Assembly (NCBI GenBank): GCA_046314695.1
Contig: JBKDBI010000306.1
Coordinates: 1 to 41,704 of the forward strand
DNA from: Bacteroidota bacterium
Lineage (GTDB): Bacteria; Bacteroidota; Bacteroidia; NS11-12g; UBA955
DNA: 41,704 nucleotides
Reading direction: 5' to 3'
The stretch's first letter is position 1. Each line of letters opens with the position of its first letter. This document shows, in pieces, positions 1 through 8,904 of the stretch. Position numbers and translations under genes: made by a program. The notes below the pieces were generated by a model that was given only the letters and a program-made list of their open reading frames with translations, made no database searches and was not told where the DNA came from.

Positions 1-2
1 TC

Positions 3-965
3 AACTGGCCCGGCATGGACGGCTTGGCTTACGGCGGCATCGCTGGCCGACCTCTCATCATCCGTGGCATCCCCGGACCTAATGGTGAGCGGCCAACGCT
101 CAGAATCCCGGACACGCTTGGATGTGGACTTCGCATCGTCGGGGGCTTGCAGCACATCCAGCTACGTGGTCTACGACTTGTGGGCGGGACGCATGGTTCA
201 CTCGTTGCTATCCAAGGGGACGCAGGAAATATCTTGGTTGAAGACTGTGAACTTTCAGGTGGAGCCATTGGCGTTTCCATTCAAGGGATGGACCGTCGCA
301 CCGGCCCCGTTCGCATCCGCCGCAACATCATCCGCGACCAACGCCACCCCGCCAGCCACAGCCAAGGCATCTACGCATCCGCCGACACGATGACGCTCGT
401 TGAGCAGAACGTCCTGTTCAACACGGGCAACCGCGACCAGTTCTCGCACGGCATGTACCTCGTCCACACGGCGGGCGCGACACGCATCGTCACACACAAC
501 TGGATCATCAGCCCCGGTAGCGCATCCATCCAAGCACGCGGAGGCGACTTCACCATCATCTCGAATGTCTGCTACAACTTCAACACGGGCATCGGCGGCG
601 GGCATCCAATGGCCGTGCGTGACGACGTGTGGACATCGGCCCTCATAAGCAACAACCTGCTTGACGCGCCGCGTTTGACCGAGCCTGCACAGTGGGGCAT
701 CTCGTACATGCTGGGCCGTCCGATCATCATCGAGAACAACATCCAGCGCGGTGTGCCCCGCCCGTGGATGCCGCCCACTGCGCAAGGCGGCGGTGTCGAG
801 CGTGTGCCGCTGGGCGACGTGCGGATCGGCGACAACGACGTGAATCCCACGAAGACGAACGAAGATTGGGACAGCATCATCCGCACGCTCCTCTCCCGCA
901 AGTCCGGCGAGTGGGGGCCGCAGTTTGAGACGAGCGGCATCATTGAAAGGGCACGCAGCAAGTGA
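3..965 (+). CDS. Right-handed parallel beta-helix protein, probably 5'-truncated by the window edge
   Basis: Repeated beta-helix strand motifs (NILVEDCELS, VRIRRNIIRD, TLVEQNVLFN, IISNVCYN, LISNNLLD, IIENNIQ); frame is open from position 3 upstream of the ATG at 15. Confidence 0.7.
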   Translation, partial: NWPGMDGLAYGGIAGRPLIIRGIPGPNGERPTLRIPDTLGCGLRIVGGLQHIQLRGLRLVGGTHGSLVAIQGDAGNILVEDCELSGGAIGVSIQGMDRRTGPVRIRRNIIRDQRHPASHSQGIYASADTMTLVEQNVLFNTGNRDQFSHGMYLVHTAGATRIVTHNWIISPGSASIQARGGDFTIISNVCYNFNTGIGGGHPMAVRDDVWTSALISNNLLDAPRLTEPAQWGISYMLGRPIIIENNIQRGVPRPWMPPTAQGGGVERVPLGDVRIGDNDVNPTKTNEDWDSIIRTLLSRKSGEWGPQFETSGIIERARSK

Positions 966-1123
966 CCATCTACGCAACACCGGAACAACTCACCGCCATC
1001 GTGCAGGCGGTCAACAAGTGGACCGACATCAAGCGTCGGTTCAACGCAGGCCAGGCGATGATGCACGAAGTCATCGAGGTTGAACGCGAGATGATGAAGT
1101 TGGTGGACCAACTGAAAGGCTGA
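962..1123 (+). CDS. Small hypothetical protein, 53 aa (not in ORF track)
   Basis: GTG overlaps the upstream TGA; reads VTIYATPEQLTAIVQAVNKW...LVDQLKG*; fills the gap to the RNAP ATG. Confidence 0.65.
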   Translation: MTIYATPEQLTAIVQAVNKWTDIKRRFNAGQAMMHEVIEVEREMMKLVDQLKG

Positions 1124-1125
1124 AC

Positions 1126-3675
1126 ATGAGCATTGTCACGGACGACGTGCAGCAACAACAAGCGGAACGCAACTTTCACTGGGAACGCGCGGCGGTGCAG
1201 GACGGCATCGACCGCTACTGGCAGGGCGTGAGTGACGCACAGAAGCGTGACCAACTCGCCATGTCACCCGTGTGGCGACCGATCATCGCTCTCATGCACG
1301 AGCAGGCGGCGGTGGGTTTCTCGGCTGCACGCAAGAGCGTGGAGTCTGGCCGCTGGCGCGAAGAACTGCAAGGCATCATCGGCCTTGTCAGTGACGCGAA
1401 ACTGGGTGCCATCACGGCCAACACGATGGTGTCGATGTGTGCCCGCGCAGAGGAACTGTTTATCGGTGAAGACGACGCAACCTCACGCCGCGCCGCACCC
1501 ATGCGATCAGTCACGCGAGAAGTGGGCAAGGTGATTGTGGCCGCAGCCGGACACGCACTCATGGGTGCTGACCTTGCCGACCAGCGCGAACTCGCCAGTG
1601 AACGCAAGCGTCTGGCGAAGGAAGGTGAGTACGAATACGACTGGTCGCAGGATGAAGATGTGGCGTTGCTCTATCGCCTCAGCGCAAGTGGCAAGGTGCC
1701 ATTGCACAGTCGCGTCATCACCGAACTCCGCAAGAGTGATTACGGGTCGCAGATGAACGCCACCGAGCGTTTCCTGCACACCGTTGGCGAGTGGGCAATC
1801 GGCGTGGCGTGGGGCGCGATGGTGCTGCCACAGGAACGCAAGGACGAAAGCGGCGAGGTGGTCACCGAGTACGTGCGTCCGTTCCTGCGTGTCTCCATCA
1901 AGAACGGCAAGCGTCGCGCCATCCCCGCCGTCACGTTTACGTCGGAAGTGGCGAAGATGGTGGACCGCCGCCATGTAAGCCGCGAGGCTGGGCACCCCCG
2001 GTTTCGTCCGCTGCTGACAGAGCCGAAGAAGTGGGCGTGTGACGAGCATGGCCGCATCTCGCAGCGTGGCGGATACCACAGCATCAACGCGCCGATGATT
2101 AGCGCGACGACCGCAGCCCAGCGCACGCTGTTGCGAGAAGCGTCGATGCCGTTGGTGGTCAAGGCGATGAACGCCATGAACAGCCAGACGCTCATGCTGT
2201 TTGATCCGATCCTGTCCATGCAACGCGAGGCGATGAGTCGCGGCATGGAAGTAGGCAAGCTCCCCCCGTTCTACCCGCCCGACAAGCCGCCGCGTCCGGC
2301 AGCCGCAGACGAAGACAAGGACATCAACCGCAAGTGGCGCAGCGCGGCCCGCAAGTGGTGGGAGAGTGTGTACGAGATTGTCGGTCGCCAGGTCACGCAC
2401 GCGGAGTGCTTGCGACTGGGTGAAGAAATCGCGTCGCAGAATGACGGCCTGTTCTGGCAGGACTACGTGCTGGACTTCCGTGGCCGTGCATCGGTGCGGT
2501 GTGCGTCACTCACGCACTACGGCTACGACGCGGTGCGTGCGTTGACAGTGAGTGCGGTAGACAAGCCGATGACCGAGCGTGGTATGCGGTGGCTGAAAAT
2601 CCACGCCGCAAACTGCTGGGGCAAAGACGGGCTGGACAAAAAGAGCTTCAACACGCGGGCCAAGTGGGCAGACGACAACGCGGCCAACATGGAGCGGGCC
2701 GTGCGGATGGGCCTAGATGACGAGTGGTGGCAGCAAGCCGACGACCCGTGGCAGTTCTGGCAGGCGTGCGTGGGCCTGTGCGAGCCGGACAAGTGGGGGC
2801 GGCGCATCTTCGTCGGGCGTGACGGCACGTTCAACGGGATGCAGCACTGGGCGGCAATCACTCGCGACCCAGTGACGGCGGCGATGGTCAACCTCTGCGA
2901 GAGTGACGACGCAACCGACCCGCGTGCGCCGTATGCGGAGGTGGCTGCTGCCGCACGACAACTGCTCCCGCCGCAACTTGCGAAACTGGTCACGACCAAG
3001 GTTGCAAAGCCGCAGGTCATGCTGAGCGTGTACGGCGTGACGGCCTACGGCACGACCAACAACATGCACGCATCGCTGATGAAGGAGCATGGGCTGTCTG
3101 ACGCGCTGGCAAGCAAAGTGCGCAAGGCCATCGTCATGGTGGTGCAGAAGGTCATGGAGGAGCGGATGGGTAACGCCGTCGCCATGATGGAGTATGTGTC
3201 GCGGTCGGCGAAGGCAGTGGCGGATACGGGTGTGCTGCCTGCCTGGTCCACGGTTCTGGGATTCCCCGTGGTGCAGCCGTACATGTCGGTCCACAAGAAC
3301 GTGAACGTGCTGGGCAAGCAGTTGGCACTGGTAGACCACGCCAGCCCCAAGCCGCGAGTTCGCAAGAACGGCAGTGCGGCCAGTCCCAACTTCATTCACA
3401 GCGTCGATGGTGCCCATTTTATGCTGACGGCGGCAGACCACGCCGCGGCGGACATTCCCATGATCGGTCAGTTCGACCGCTTCTGTTCGCTGCCCGCAGA
3501 CGTGGACGAGAGCGCGGCCATCACCACGGCGGCGTTCGTTGAGACGCACAAGGCCGACCCGATGGGCTTGTTTGTGGAAGCCTGCCGCCAGCATGTGCCC
3601 GACTTGCCCGACCCGCCCGCACGCGGAAACTGGGACATCGAGCGCGCCGCCAAAGCCACCTACGCCTTTAGTTAG
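1126..3675 (+). CDS. Single-subunit T7/mitochondrial-type DNA-dependent RNA polymerase
   Basis: 849 aa; DFRGR, WLKIHAANCWG, motif A DGTFNGMQH, motif B K-x7-YG (AKPQVMLSVYG), SPNFIHSVDGAH, motif C QFDRF, C-terminal YAFS like T7 FAFA. Confidence 0.96.
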   Translation: MSIVTDDVQQQQAERNFHWERAAVQDGIDRYWQGVSDAQKRDQLAMSPVWRPIIALMHEQAAVGFSAARKSVESGRWREELQGIIGLVSDAKLGAITANTMVSMCARAEELFIGEDDATSRRAAPMRSVTREVGKVIVAAAGHALMGADLADQRELASERKRLAKEGEYEYDWSQDEDVALLYRLSASGKVPLHSRVITELRKSDYGSQMNATERFLHTVGEWAIGVAWGAMVLPQERKDESGEVVTEYVRPFLRVSIKNGKRRAIPAVTFTSEVAKMVDRRHVSREAGHPRFRPLLTEPKKWACDEHGRISQRGGYHSINAPMISATTAAQRTLLREASMPLVVKAMNAMNSQTLMLFDPILSMQREAMSRGMEVGKLPPFYPPDKPPRPAAADEDKDINRKWRSAARKWWESVYEIVGRQVTHAECLRLGEEIASQNDGLFWQDYVLDFRGRASVRCASLTHYGYDAVRALTVSAVDKPMTERGMRWLKIHAANCWGKDGLDKKSFNTRAKWADDNAANMERAVRMGLDDEWWQQADDPWQFWQACVGLCEPDKWGRRIFVGRDGTFNGMQHWAAITRDPVTAAMVNLCESDDATDPRAPYAEVAAAARQLLPPQLAKLVTTKVAKPQVMLSVYGVTAYGTTNNMHASLMKEHGLSDALASKVRKAIVMVVQKVMEERMGNAVAMMEYVSRSAKAVADTGVLPAWSTVLGFPVVQPYMSVHKNVNVLGKQLALVDHASPKPRVRKNGSAASPNFIHSVDGAHFMLTAADHAAADIPMIGQFDRFCSLPADVDESAAITTAAFVETHKADPMGLFVEACRQHVPDLPDPPARGNWDIERAAKATYAFS

Positions 3676-3689
3676 CAGTCGCTAAGTTT

Positions 3690-3712
3690 GTAAACGCTAA
3701 CACTCTGGGATA
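3690..3712 (+). promoter_or_regulatory. Candidate phage-RNAP late promoter
   Basis: AT-richer gap just after the RNAP gene; TAAACGCTAACACTCTGGGA aligns loosely with T7 TAATACGACTCACTATAGGG (CACT core); only one copy seen. Confidence 0.25.
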
Positions 3713-3726
3713 CAGGGAGGTCATCC

Positions 3727-4236
3727 TTGCACACGCTGACGCTTCTCTTTGTCCCGCCGCAGCCCGTCTTTCATGTCGGGCTGTTTGGCCGTATTGCCAA
3801 GAAATTGAGTCCCTTGTTCCCGCACGTTTTGGTCGGCTATCACGAGTCATTTCTGCATGTCGTGCCTCTGCACGGTGCAGTGTGCTTGCCGCAAAACTGC
3901 GTACCAGCCAACGCCGTAGCCATCACCTTGGTCACACCCAAGCCCATCAGCATGATCCCCTCGGCTGTCGTCGGCCCTACATGTGTCATCACGGCCAAGC
4001 GCGTGTTGGCCCTTGGCAATCTGCGTGTGCCGTGGCACATCCAGACCCCGCAGGCGTTGTACCGCCACCTCGAAAACCACCATGCCCGACTATCGCAATC
4101 CGCCACAGAAGATCGAGCCGCCGCCGCAACTGTTCCCCACGCTTGCGGAACTGAGCGAGCCTGTGCGGGAGAAGATTCTGCAAGAACTGGAAGCACGTGC
4201 CACGCTTGTCCTGCCGCCTCCGGGCGACCTGCTTGA
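3727..4236 (+). CDS. Hypothetical protein, possibly permuted papain-like (His before Cys)
   Basis: GGAGGT RBS before TTG; PHVLV...TCVITAKRVL...TPQALYRHL pattern; 3' end overlaps the next ORF by 155 nt. Confidence 0.45.
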   Translation: MHTLTLLFVPPQPVFHVGLFGRIAKKLSPLFPHVLVGYHESFLHVVPLHGAVCLPQNCVPANAVAITLVTPKPISMIPSAVVGPTCVITAKRVLALGNLRVPWHIQTPQALYRHLENHHARLSQSATEDRAAAATVPHACGTERACAGEDSARTGSTCHACPAASGRPA

Positions 4237-4327
4237 CCACAAGCGATTGATTGATTACACGGGGGCCTACACAAAGCACGAGTTTGTCAAGTTTGTCCGG
4301 CGTTCCGTGACACCGACCAAGGAATGA
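4082..4327 (+). CDS. Hypothetical protein, 81 aa
   Basis: ATG at 4082 (MPDYRNPPQK...); ends next to the following start; position of the small pre-portal genes in T7-like phages. Confidence 0.6.
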   Translation: MPDYRNPPQKIEPPPQLFPTLAELSEPVREKILQELEARATLVLPPPGDLLDHKRLIDYTGAYTKHEFVKFVRRSVTPTKE

Positions 4328-4330
4328 CGC

Positions 4331-4540
4331 ATGGGAGCGATTTTCAGTCCCCCTTCTGCGCCGGACCTTGCCCCCATTCAAGACCGCGACCCCACAGAAC
4401 TCGGCCCGGTCGAGCAGGCCAACCTTCGCCGTGAACTCGCCCGCCAGCGAGCCAACACCACCGTCGCCAGCCTGACCATCCCTCGCGATGTGCCTGCCCA
4501 GCAAGCCGGTGTGGGCACGCGCCCGCCCTCCACCACATAA
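4331..4540 (+). CDS. Small virion assembly protein (T7 gp7.3-like by position)
   Basis: 69 aa, MGAIFSPPSAP start, immediately upstream of the portal; AAGGA RBS. Confidence 0.55.
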   Translation: MGAIFSPPSAPDLAPIQDRDPTELGPVEQANLRRELARQRANTTVASLTIPRDVPAQQAGVGTRPPSTT

Positions 4541-4543
4541 GCC

Positions 4544-6199
4544 ATGAACACCTACAACGCACCCGCCAGCATCGCATCTCAATACGAGACGATGACAGGT
4601 GACCGCGAGTGGCCGCTCGCCCGCGCACGCGAGGCAGCCGCCTACACGCTCCCGTGGGTGTGCCCCGACGACGACCATGTTACCCGCAACAGTGACGACC
4701 CGATCAAGTACGCGGCCAACCAAGCCGTCGGTGGCCGTCTGACGCAAGGCCTTGTCGCACAGATCGTGCAACTGCTGCTGCCCTACCAAGCCAGCCTGTT
4801 CACCTACAACGTCGCGCCCAAGTACCAGGGCAACACAAGCCGCCTCTCCCGCCAGCAACGTGAGACGTTTGAGACGATGCTTCGCACTCGCGCGGAAGCC
4901 ATCTGCAACCTCATTCACTCGCAGAGTGCGGCTCCCAATCGCGGGCGGCGCAGCGGCACGGTGCTGGCGGCAACCACCGCCCTTGTCGCCCAGAAGCTCA
5001 TCACGGGCAACGCCTGCTGGCGCATCGACGACGAAGGTGCCATCACCGTTTTCCCGCTCGCCAACTGGGTGGTGCATCGCGACTCGATGGGCGACATTCT
5101 GTGCCTCATCGTCAAGGAACGCATCAACCCGCTGGAACTGACGGAGGCCCAGCAAACAGCCATCGCTGTCGCCAAGCCGAGCGAATGGACAGACCTGCAA
5201 CAGAAGTCCGCCGCCTACGACCGTTTGCGTGACGTGTTTCACAAGATGGAGTGGGATACGGGCACGCAGCGTTGGCGCGTGACGAGCGAGTGCATGGGCG
5301 TGCAGATCGCCGACATGACTGACCCCACGCCGCCCTACTGGTGCAGCGCGGACAACCTCATGCCGGGCGAACACTACGGCAACTCGCTGGTTGGTATTGC
5401 CCTGCCCGACCTTCGCACCATCGACGAACTGACCATCGCCATGCGTGACCACGCTGCGATGGCCGCGTTCTGCGTCATGGCTGTGGACTACCAGAGCAGC
5501 GCGAACGAAGCGCGACTGAAAGCCCTCCAGCCCCGCGAAATCACGCGACTGAGCGTGCGCGGCGGGCAGGTAGACGACGTGGCTTTGTTTAGCCCCACCA
5601 ACGTGCCGTCGTTCCAAGTCAGCAAGGACAGCCTTGACCGCACCGTGCAGTCCATGAGCCAGTTCTTTCTGGAGCCGGGCGGCATGGTGCGTGAGTCTGA
5701 GCGCACGACCGCGCTGGAAGTGGCCCGCGTCACGCTCCAGCAACTCCAGAACTCGCTGGGCGTGCTAATTCAGACGCTGACCGAGCAGTATTCGCCTCAC
5801 CTCATTCGCCGCTACGAGCGCATTGCCGAGTCGATGAGCGTGGTCCCGCAGTTCACGCAGGAAATGCGTGACATGCTGGCCCTTCGCATGAAGACGGGCG
5901 CGGCTGCACTTGCTGACCAGCAGGGCGCGACGCAGCTTATCACCTACATCGACATCGAAACCAAGCTGGCGCAGCAGGAAATCCCCTCCCACATCGACCG
6001 CCGCGCGGTGTCGATGCAGTTGGCGAAGCACTTCCACATCGACACAAGCATCATCTTCTCCCGTGAAGAACAGCAGCGGATGGAGCGAGAGAAGCAGAAC
6101 GCTGCCGTCGCCCAGCAATCCGAAATCGACGTGAATCGCATCACCGCCGAGGGTGCACAGAAACTGCTTCTCAATCAAGCCGGTGTCGCGGCGGCGTAA
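4544..6199 (+). CDS. Head-tail connector (portal) protein, T7 gp8-like
   Basis: 551 aa; YTLPW, LITGNA, FPLANWVVHRDSMG, GEHYG and RESERTTALEV match gp8 family motifs. Confidence 0.93.
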   Translation: MNTYNAPASIASQYETMTGDREWPLARAREAAAYTLPWVCPDDDHVTRNSDDPIKYAANQAVGGRLTQGLVAQIVQLLLPYQASLFTYNVAPKYQGNTSRLSRQQRETFETMLRTRAEAICNLIHSQSAAPNRGRRSGTVLAATTALVAQKLITGNACWRIDDEGAITVFPLANWVVHRDSMGDILCLIVKERINPLELTEAQQTAIAVAKPSEWTDLQQKSAAYDRLRDVFHKMEWDTGTQRWRVTSECMGVQIADMTDPTPPYWCSADNLMPGEHYGNSLVGIALPDLRTIDELTIAMRDHAAMAAFCVMAVDYQSSANEARLKALQPREITRLSVRGGQVDDVALFSPTNVPSFQVSKDSLDRTVQSMSQFFLEPGGMVRESERTTALEVARVTLQQLQNSLGVLIQTLTEQYSPHLIRRYERIAESMSVVPQFTQEMRDMLALRMKTGAAALADQQGATQLITYIDIETKLAQQEIPSHIDRRAVSMQLAKHFHIDTSIIFSREEQQRMEREKQNAAVAQQSEIDVNRITAEGAQKLLLNQAGVAAA

Positions 6200-6220
6200 T
6201 CCGGTACAGGAACACAACGC

Positions 6221-7141
6221 ATGTCAGTCATTACGCCCGCCCCGCAAGGGACACCGGGCACGCCTGCGCCCACAACGCCCGCAACAGGCACGCCCGCAGG
6301 CACGCCGTCCACTCCCGCTCCCGCAAGCACGCCGCCTGTCACTAAGCTGGCGGGCAAGTACGAGAACCGCGACGCTCTCAACAGCGGAATCCGCGAACTC
6401 GATCCCACTGTCACCCCCGAGGTGCTGGCGGCGATGCCTGATGCTCACGCGGAGGTGCTGTATCGCACCGCCCAGCGTGCGTTCACGAAGGAACGCCAGC
6501 AGGCATCGGGCCAAACGGGAAACGCAAACCCCTTCGCCGCTCTGACCGCCCCGGCGAAGGTCGAAGTCGAGGCCGGTGCTGACCCTCGGCAGATTTTCGA
6601 GGCGGCAGGTGTCAACTTTGACGCAGCCATGCAGGCGGGCAAGTTGTCAGAGGCCGACAAGAAGGCCCTGACCGACAAGTACGGGTGGGACAAGACCACC
6701 ATCGCCCTCGCTGAAACGGCAGGCCGCACGAAGTACGAGATGACCAAGGCCGAGCGTGACGCAGCGATTGCAGTCCGCAACGCCCAGATCGAATCGCAGG
6801 TCTATCCCGTCTTTGGCGGCAAGCAGGAGATGGACAAGTTGCTGTCGCAGGCTCAGGAAGCTCTGGGTGCGGCAGAGGTTGACCTGTTCCGCAAGATGCT
6901 GGGTGACCCCGACGTGAACGCCGTGAAGGTGGCAGCGGAGTTGTTCAAGACCCGCATGGCCTTGAAACTCGGCCAGCCCACGGGCACGGGCGTGACGGCG
7001 ACACCGATGGGGACGGTTGCGCCCAAGCCGACCACGCCAGCGGAACGGCGGCAGGCTCTGGAGAAGTTCTCTAAGGGCCTTCTCACACAAGCAGAACTCG
7101 CGGCTGCACTCAAAGACGTGCCCGCGCCCAAGAAAGGCTGA
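6221..7141 (+). CDS. Capsid scaffolding protein, T7 gp9-like
   Basis: Between portal and capsid; KLAGKYE motif, GKLSEADKKAL, VFGGKQEMDKL; Pro/Thr-rich N-terminus. Confidence 0.8.
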   Translation: MSVITPAPQGTPGTPAPTTPATGTPAGTPSTPAPASTPPVTKLAGKYENRDALNSGIRELDPTVTPEVLAAMPDAHAEVLYRTAQRAFTKERQQASGQTGNANPFAALTAPAKVEVEAGADPRQIFEAAGVNFDAAMQAGKLSEADKKALTDKYGWDKTTIALAETAGRTKYEMTKAERDAAIAVRNAQIESQVYPVFGGKQEMDKLLSQAQEALGAAEVDLFRKMLGDPDVNAVKVAAELFKTRMALKLGQPTGTGVTATPMGTVAPKPTTPAERRQALEKFSKGLLTQAELAAALKDVPAPKKG

Positions 7142-7147
7142 TAGTCC

Positions 7148-7507
7148 ATGATTGACCTTGCCATCGTTGACGATGGGTTGAAGCTCGGCGTTGAGCTTCA
7201 CCTGTCTGTGCTTGGGCGCACGCCTGAGCGTCAGCAAGACTACTACGTGGTGGCCGCACACAAGCGTCGCCCGCCCGAAAAGCTCATCAGCAGCGAACCC
7301 ATGATCGCCCGCAGCGACCCGCACATCACGCCCAATGACGCGGCCCGTGATGCCATCGCCAAGATCAAGGCGATGCCCGCCCCGCCGAACGCGGAAGACG
7401 TGATTGCCGCCAAGGACAGTGAACTCGCGCGGCTGCGTGCGGAACTGGAAGCGGTCAAGGAACAGAAGCCCGCGAAGGCTGACAAGTCCGCGAAGAAGTC
7501 TGACTGA
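7148..7507 (+). CDS. Hypothetical protein with coiled-coil C-terminus
   Basis: 119 aa ORF tightly packed after the scaffold gene. Confidence 0.7.
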   Translation: MIDLAIVDDGLKLGVELHLSVLGRTPERQQDYYVVAAHKRRPPEKLISSEPMIARSDPHITPNDAARDAIAKIKAMPAPPNAEDVIAAKDSELARLRAELEAVKEQKPAKADKSAKKSD

Positions 7508-7512
7508 ACACC

Positions 7513-7549
7513 ACACACCCCGACCGAAACGTCTGGGTGTGTTTTTCTT
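7513..7549 (+). terminator. Intrinsic terminator-like hairpin
   Basis: acacaccc-C-gac-cgaaac-gtc-T-gggtgtgt followed by TTTTCTT. Confidence 0.65.
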
Positions 7550-7704
7550 GCGCCGCTGTGGCGCATTTTTCCCCGTCGTGTCGAGAGACGCGCCGCCTCG
7601 CATGTCGTCAGCAGTGACCCCCGATCCAATCGGACACGTCACGCACGACAGGAATACCGGCTGAAAGTCCACCCTCGGCATGGCACGCTCACAAGGAGTA
7701 CGCC
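7549..7704 (+). promoter_or_regulatory. Structured 5' leader of the major capsid gene
   Basis: tgcgcc-GCTGT-ggcgca hairpin, cgtgtc-GAGA-gacgcg hairpin, nested tgtcgt..gtgac..ccgat/atcgg..gtcac..acgaca stem, then AAGGAG RBS. Confidence 0.5.
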
Positions 7705-8835
7705 ATGTCACTGTACACAGTGCAGAATCCTGCACAGGGTCAAACTGCTGACCCCCGCGAACTGCTCGCCAAAGTCCTTCACGGCATTCAAGAGCCGATC
7801 ACGCCCAACCTGATGTTCTACGGACAGAGCATCCCCGGCGTGAAGATCATGCCCGCTGGTCAAGGCGGAAGTCTGCAAGTCATCTTCAACTCGGTTATGA
7901 CCCCGGCCAGTGCGGTCCGCGCGCTGGAAGGTGTCGGCCAGTCGGCCATCACGGCTCGGCGCGAATACCTGTTTGCTCGCAACCAGGAGTTCCTGCGCCA
8001 GACGCTGCGATACACCGACACCGACATGGAAGACATTCCCTCGCTGCTTCTGCGTGTCCAGCAGGACCGCGTTGCTGCCGAGAAGAAGGTGTTCCAAGCA
8101 CTTGACCGTCAGATCATCCTCGCAGCGTGTATCGCGGCGCGTCAGCCCGCCCTCACGCTCACGCAGGACGGCCAGAACCTCGTCAGCCACTTGGGCGGCA
8201 CGCGCGTGACCAACACGACCGGCCAGACCACGGCAGACGCGGCCATTCTCAACCGCTACCCCAGCAGCACGACCGGCTTTGCCAACGCTGTTGCTGACCT
8301 TGAAACGCTCGTGCGCAACATGGGCGACAAGGGTGTGGATGTGGAAGGCAGCATGGTGTGGGTCCACCAGCAGTTCCTCAACGCTCTCCGCAGCGGCAAG
8401 GATGCCAACTACTTCAGCATCGACTTTGCTGGCGGTGCTGGCAACAGCATCCCGTACATGAAGATCGGCACCATCGCGGGCCTGCGTATCGGTCCCGCGC
8501 TGCGCACCTTCAACTTCATGGGCACCGAAGGCCACCTGCCGGGCATCGACCTGAGCGGCACGGCGGTCAACGCGGCCTATCCGGGCATCACCAGCGACCT
8601 TCGCGCCAACTTCGCTCCCTCTGCTGGCACGGGCACGCCCGTCGCCATCGTCATGGGTCCGAATCCCAGCAACTCCACGGCAGAAGCGGTCCACGTTGCG
8701 GTTCACCGCGACTTCCGCGCGGATGCCTTGGAAGACCCGGAACTGTTCTTCACGGGCGCGCAGTACTCGATGCGGGCGACGGTCTTCCCGGCCAACCCCT
8801 CGTGCGTCGGCACCATCGAAGTCACCAACAGCTAA
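7705..8835 (+). CDS. Major capsid protein
   Basis: 376 aa after the scaffold; strong RBS; downstream terminator; GGSLQV, ALDRQI and KIGTIAGLRI resemble gp10-family features. Confidence 0.82.
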   Translation: MSLYTVQNPAQGQTADPRELLAKVLHGIQEPITPNLMFYGQSIPGVKIMPAGQGGSLQVIFNSVMTPASAVRALEGVGQSAITARREYLFARNQEFLRQTLRYTDTDMEDIPSLLLRVQQDRVAAEKKVFQALDRQIILAACIAARQPALTLTQDGQNLVSHLGGTRVTNTTGQTTADAAILNRYPSSTTGFANAVADLETLVRNMGDKGVDVEGSMVWVHQQFLNALRSGKDANYFSIDFAGGAGNSIPYMKIGTIAGLRIGPALRTFNFMGTEGHLPGIDLSGTAVNAAYPGITSDLRANFAPSAGTGTPVAIVMGPNPSNSTAEAVHVAVHRDFRADALEDPELFFTGAQYSMRATVFPANPSCVGTIEVTNS

Positions 8836-8854
8836 GCCGTTTTCACAGACACAC

Positions 8855-8889
8855 ACCCCGCGCGGTCACCTTGATCGCGCGGGGTTTCT
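8855..8889 (+). terminator. Terminator after the capsid gene (T-phi-like position)
   Basis: accccgcgcggtca-cct-tgatcgcgcggggt then TTCT. Confidence 0.7.
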
Positions 8890-8904
8890 CACAAGGAACA
8901 AAGC

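Noticed and set aside
3989-5743. 584-aa minus-strand ORF
   Set aside because: Antisense shadow of the portal gene caused by GC-rich codon bias; no motifs
6236-6340. TPA-like DNA repeats as a regulatory array
   Set aside because: Explained by the Pro/Thr-rich N-terminus of the scaffold protein
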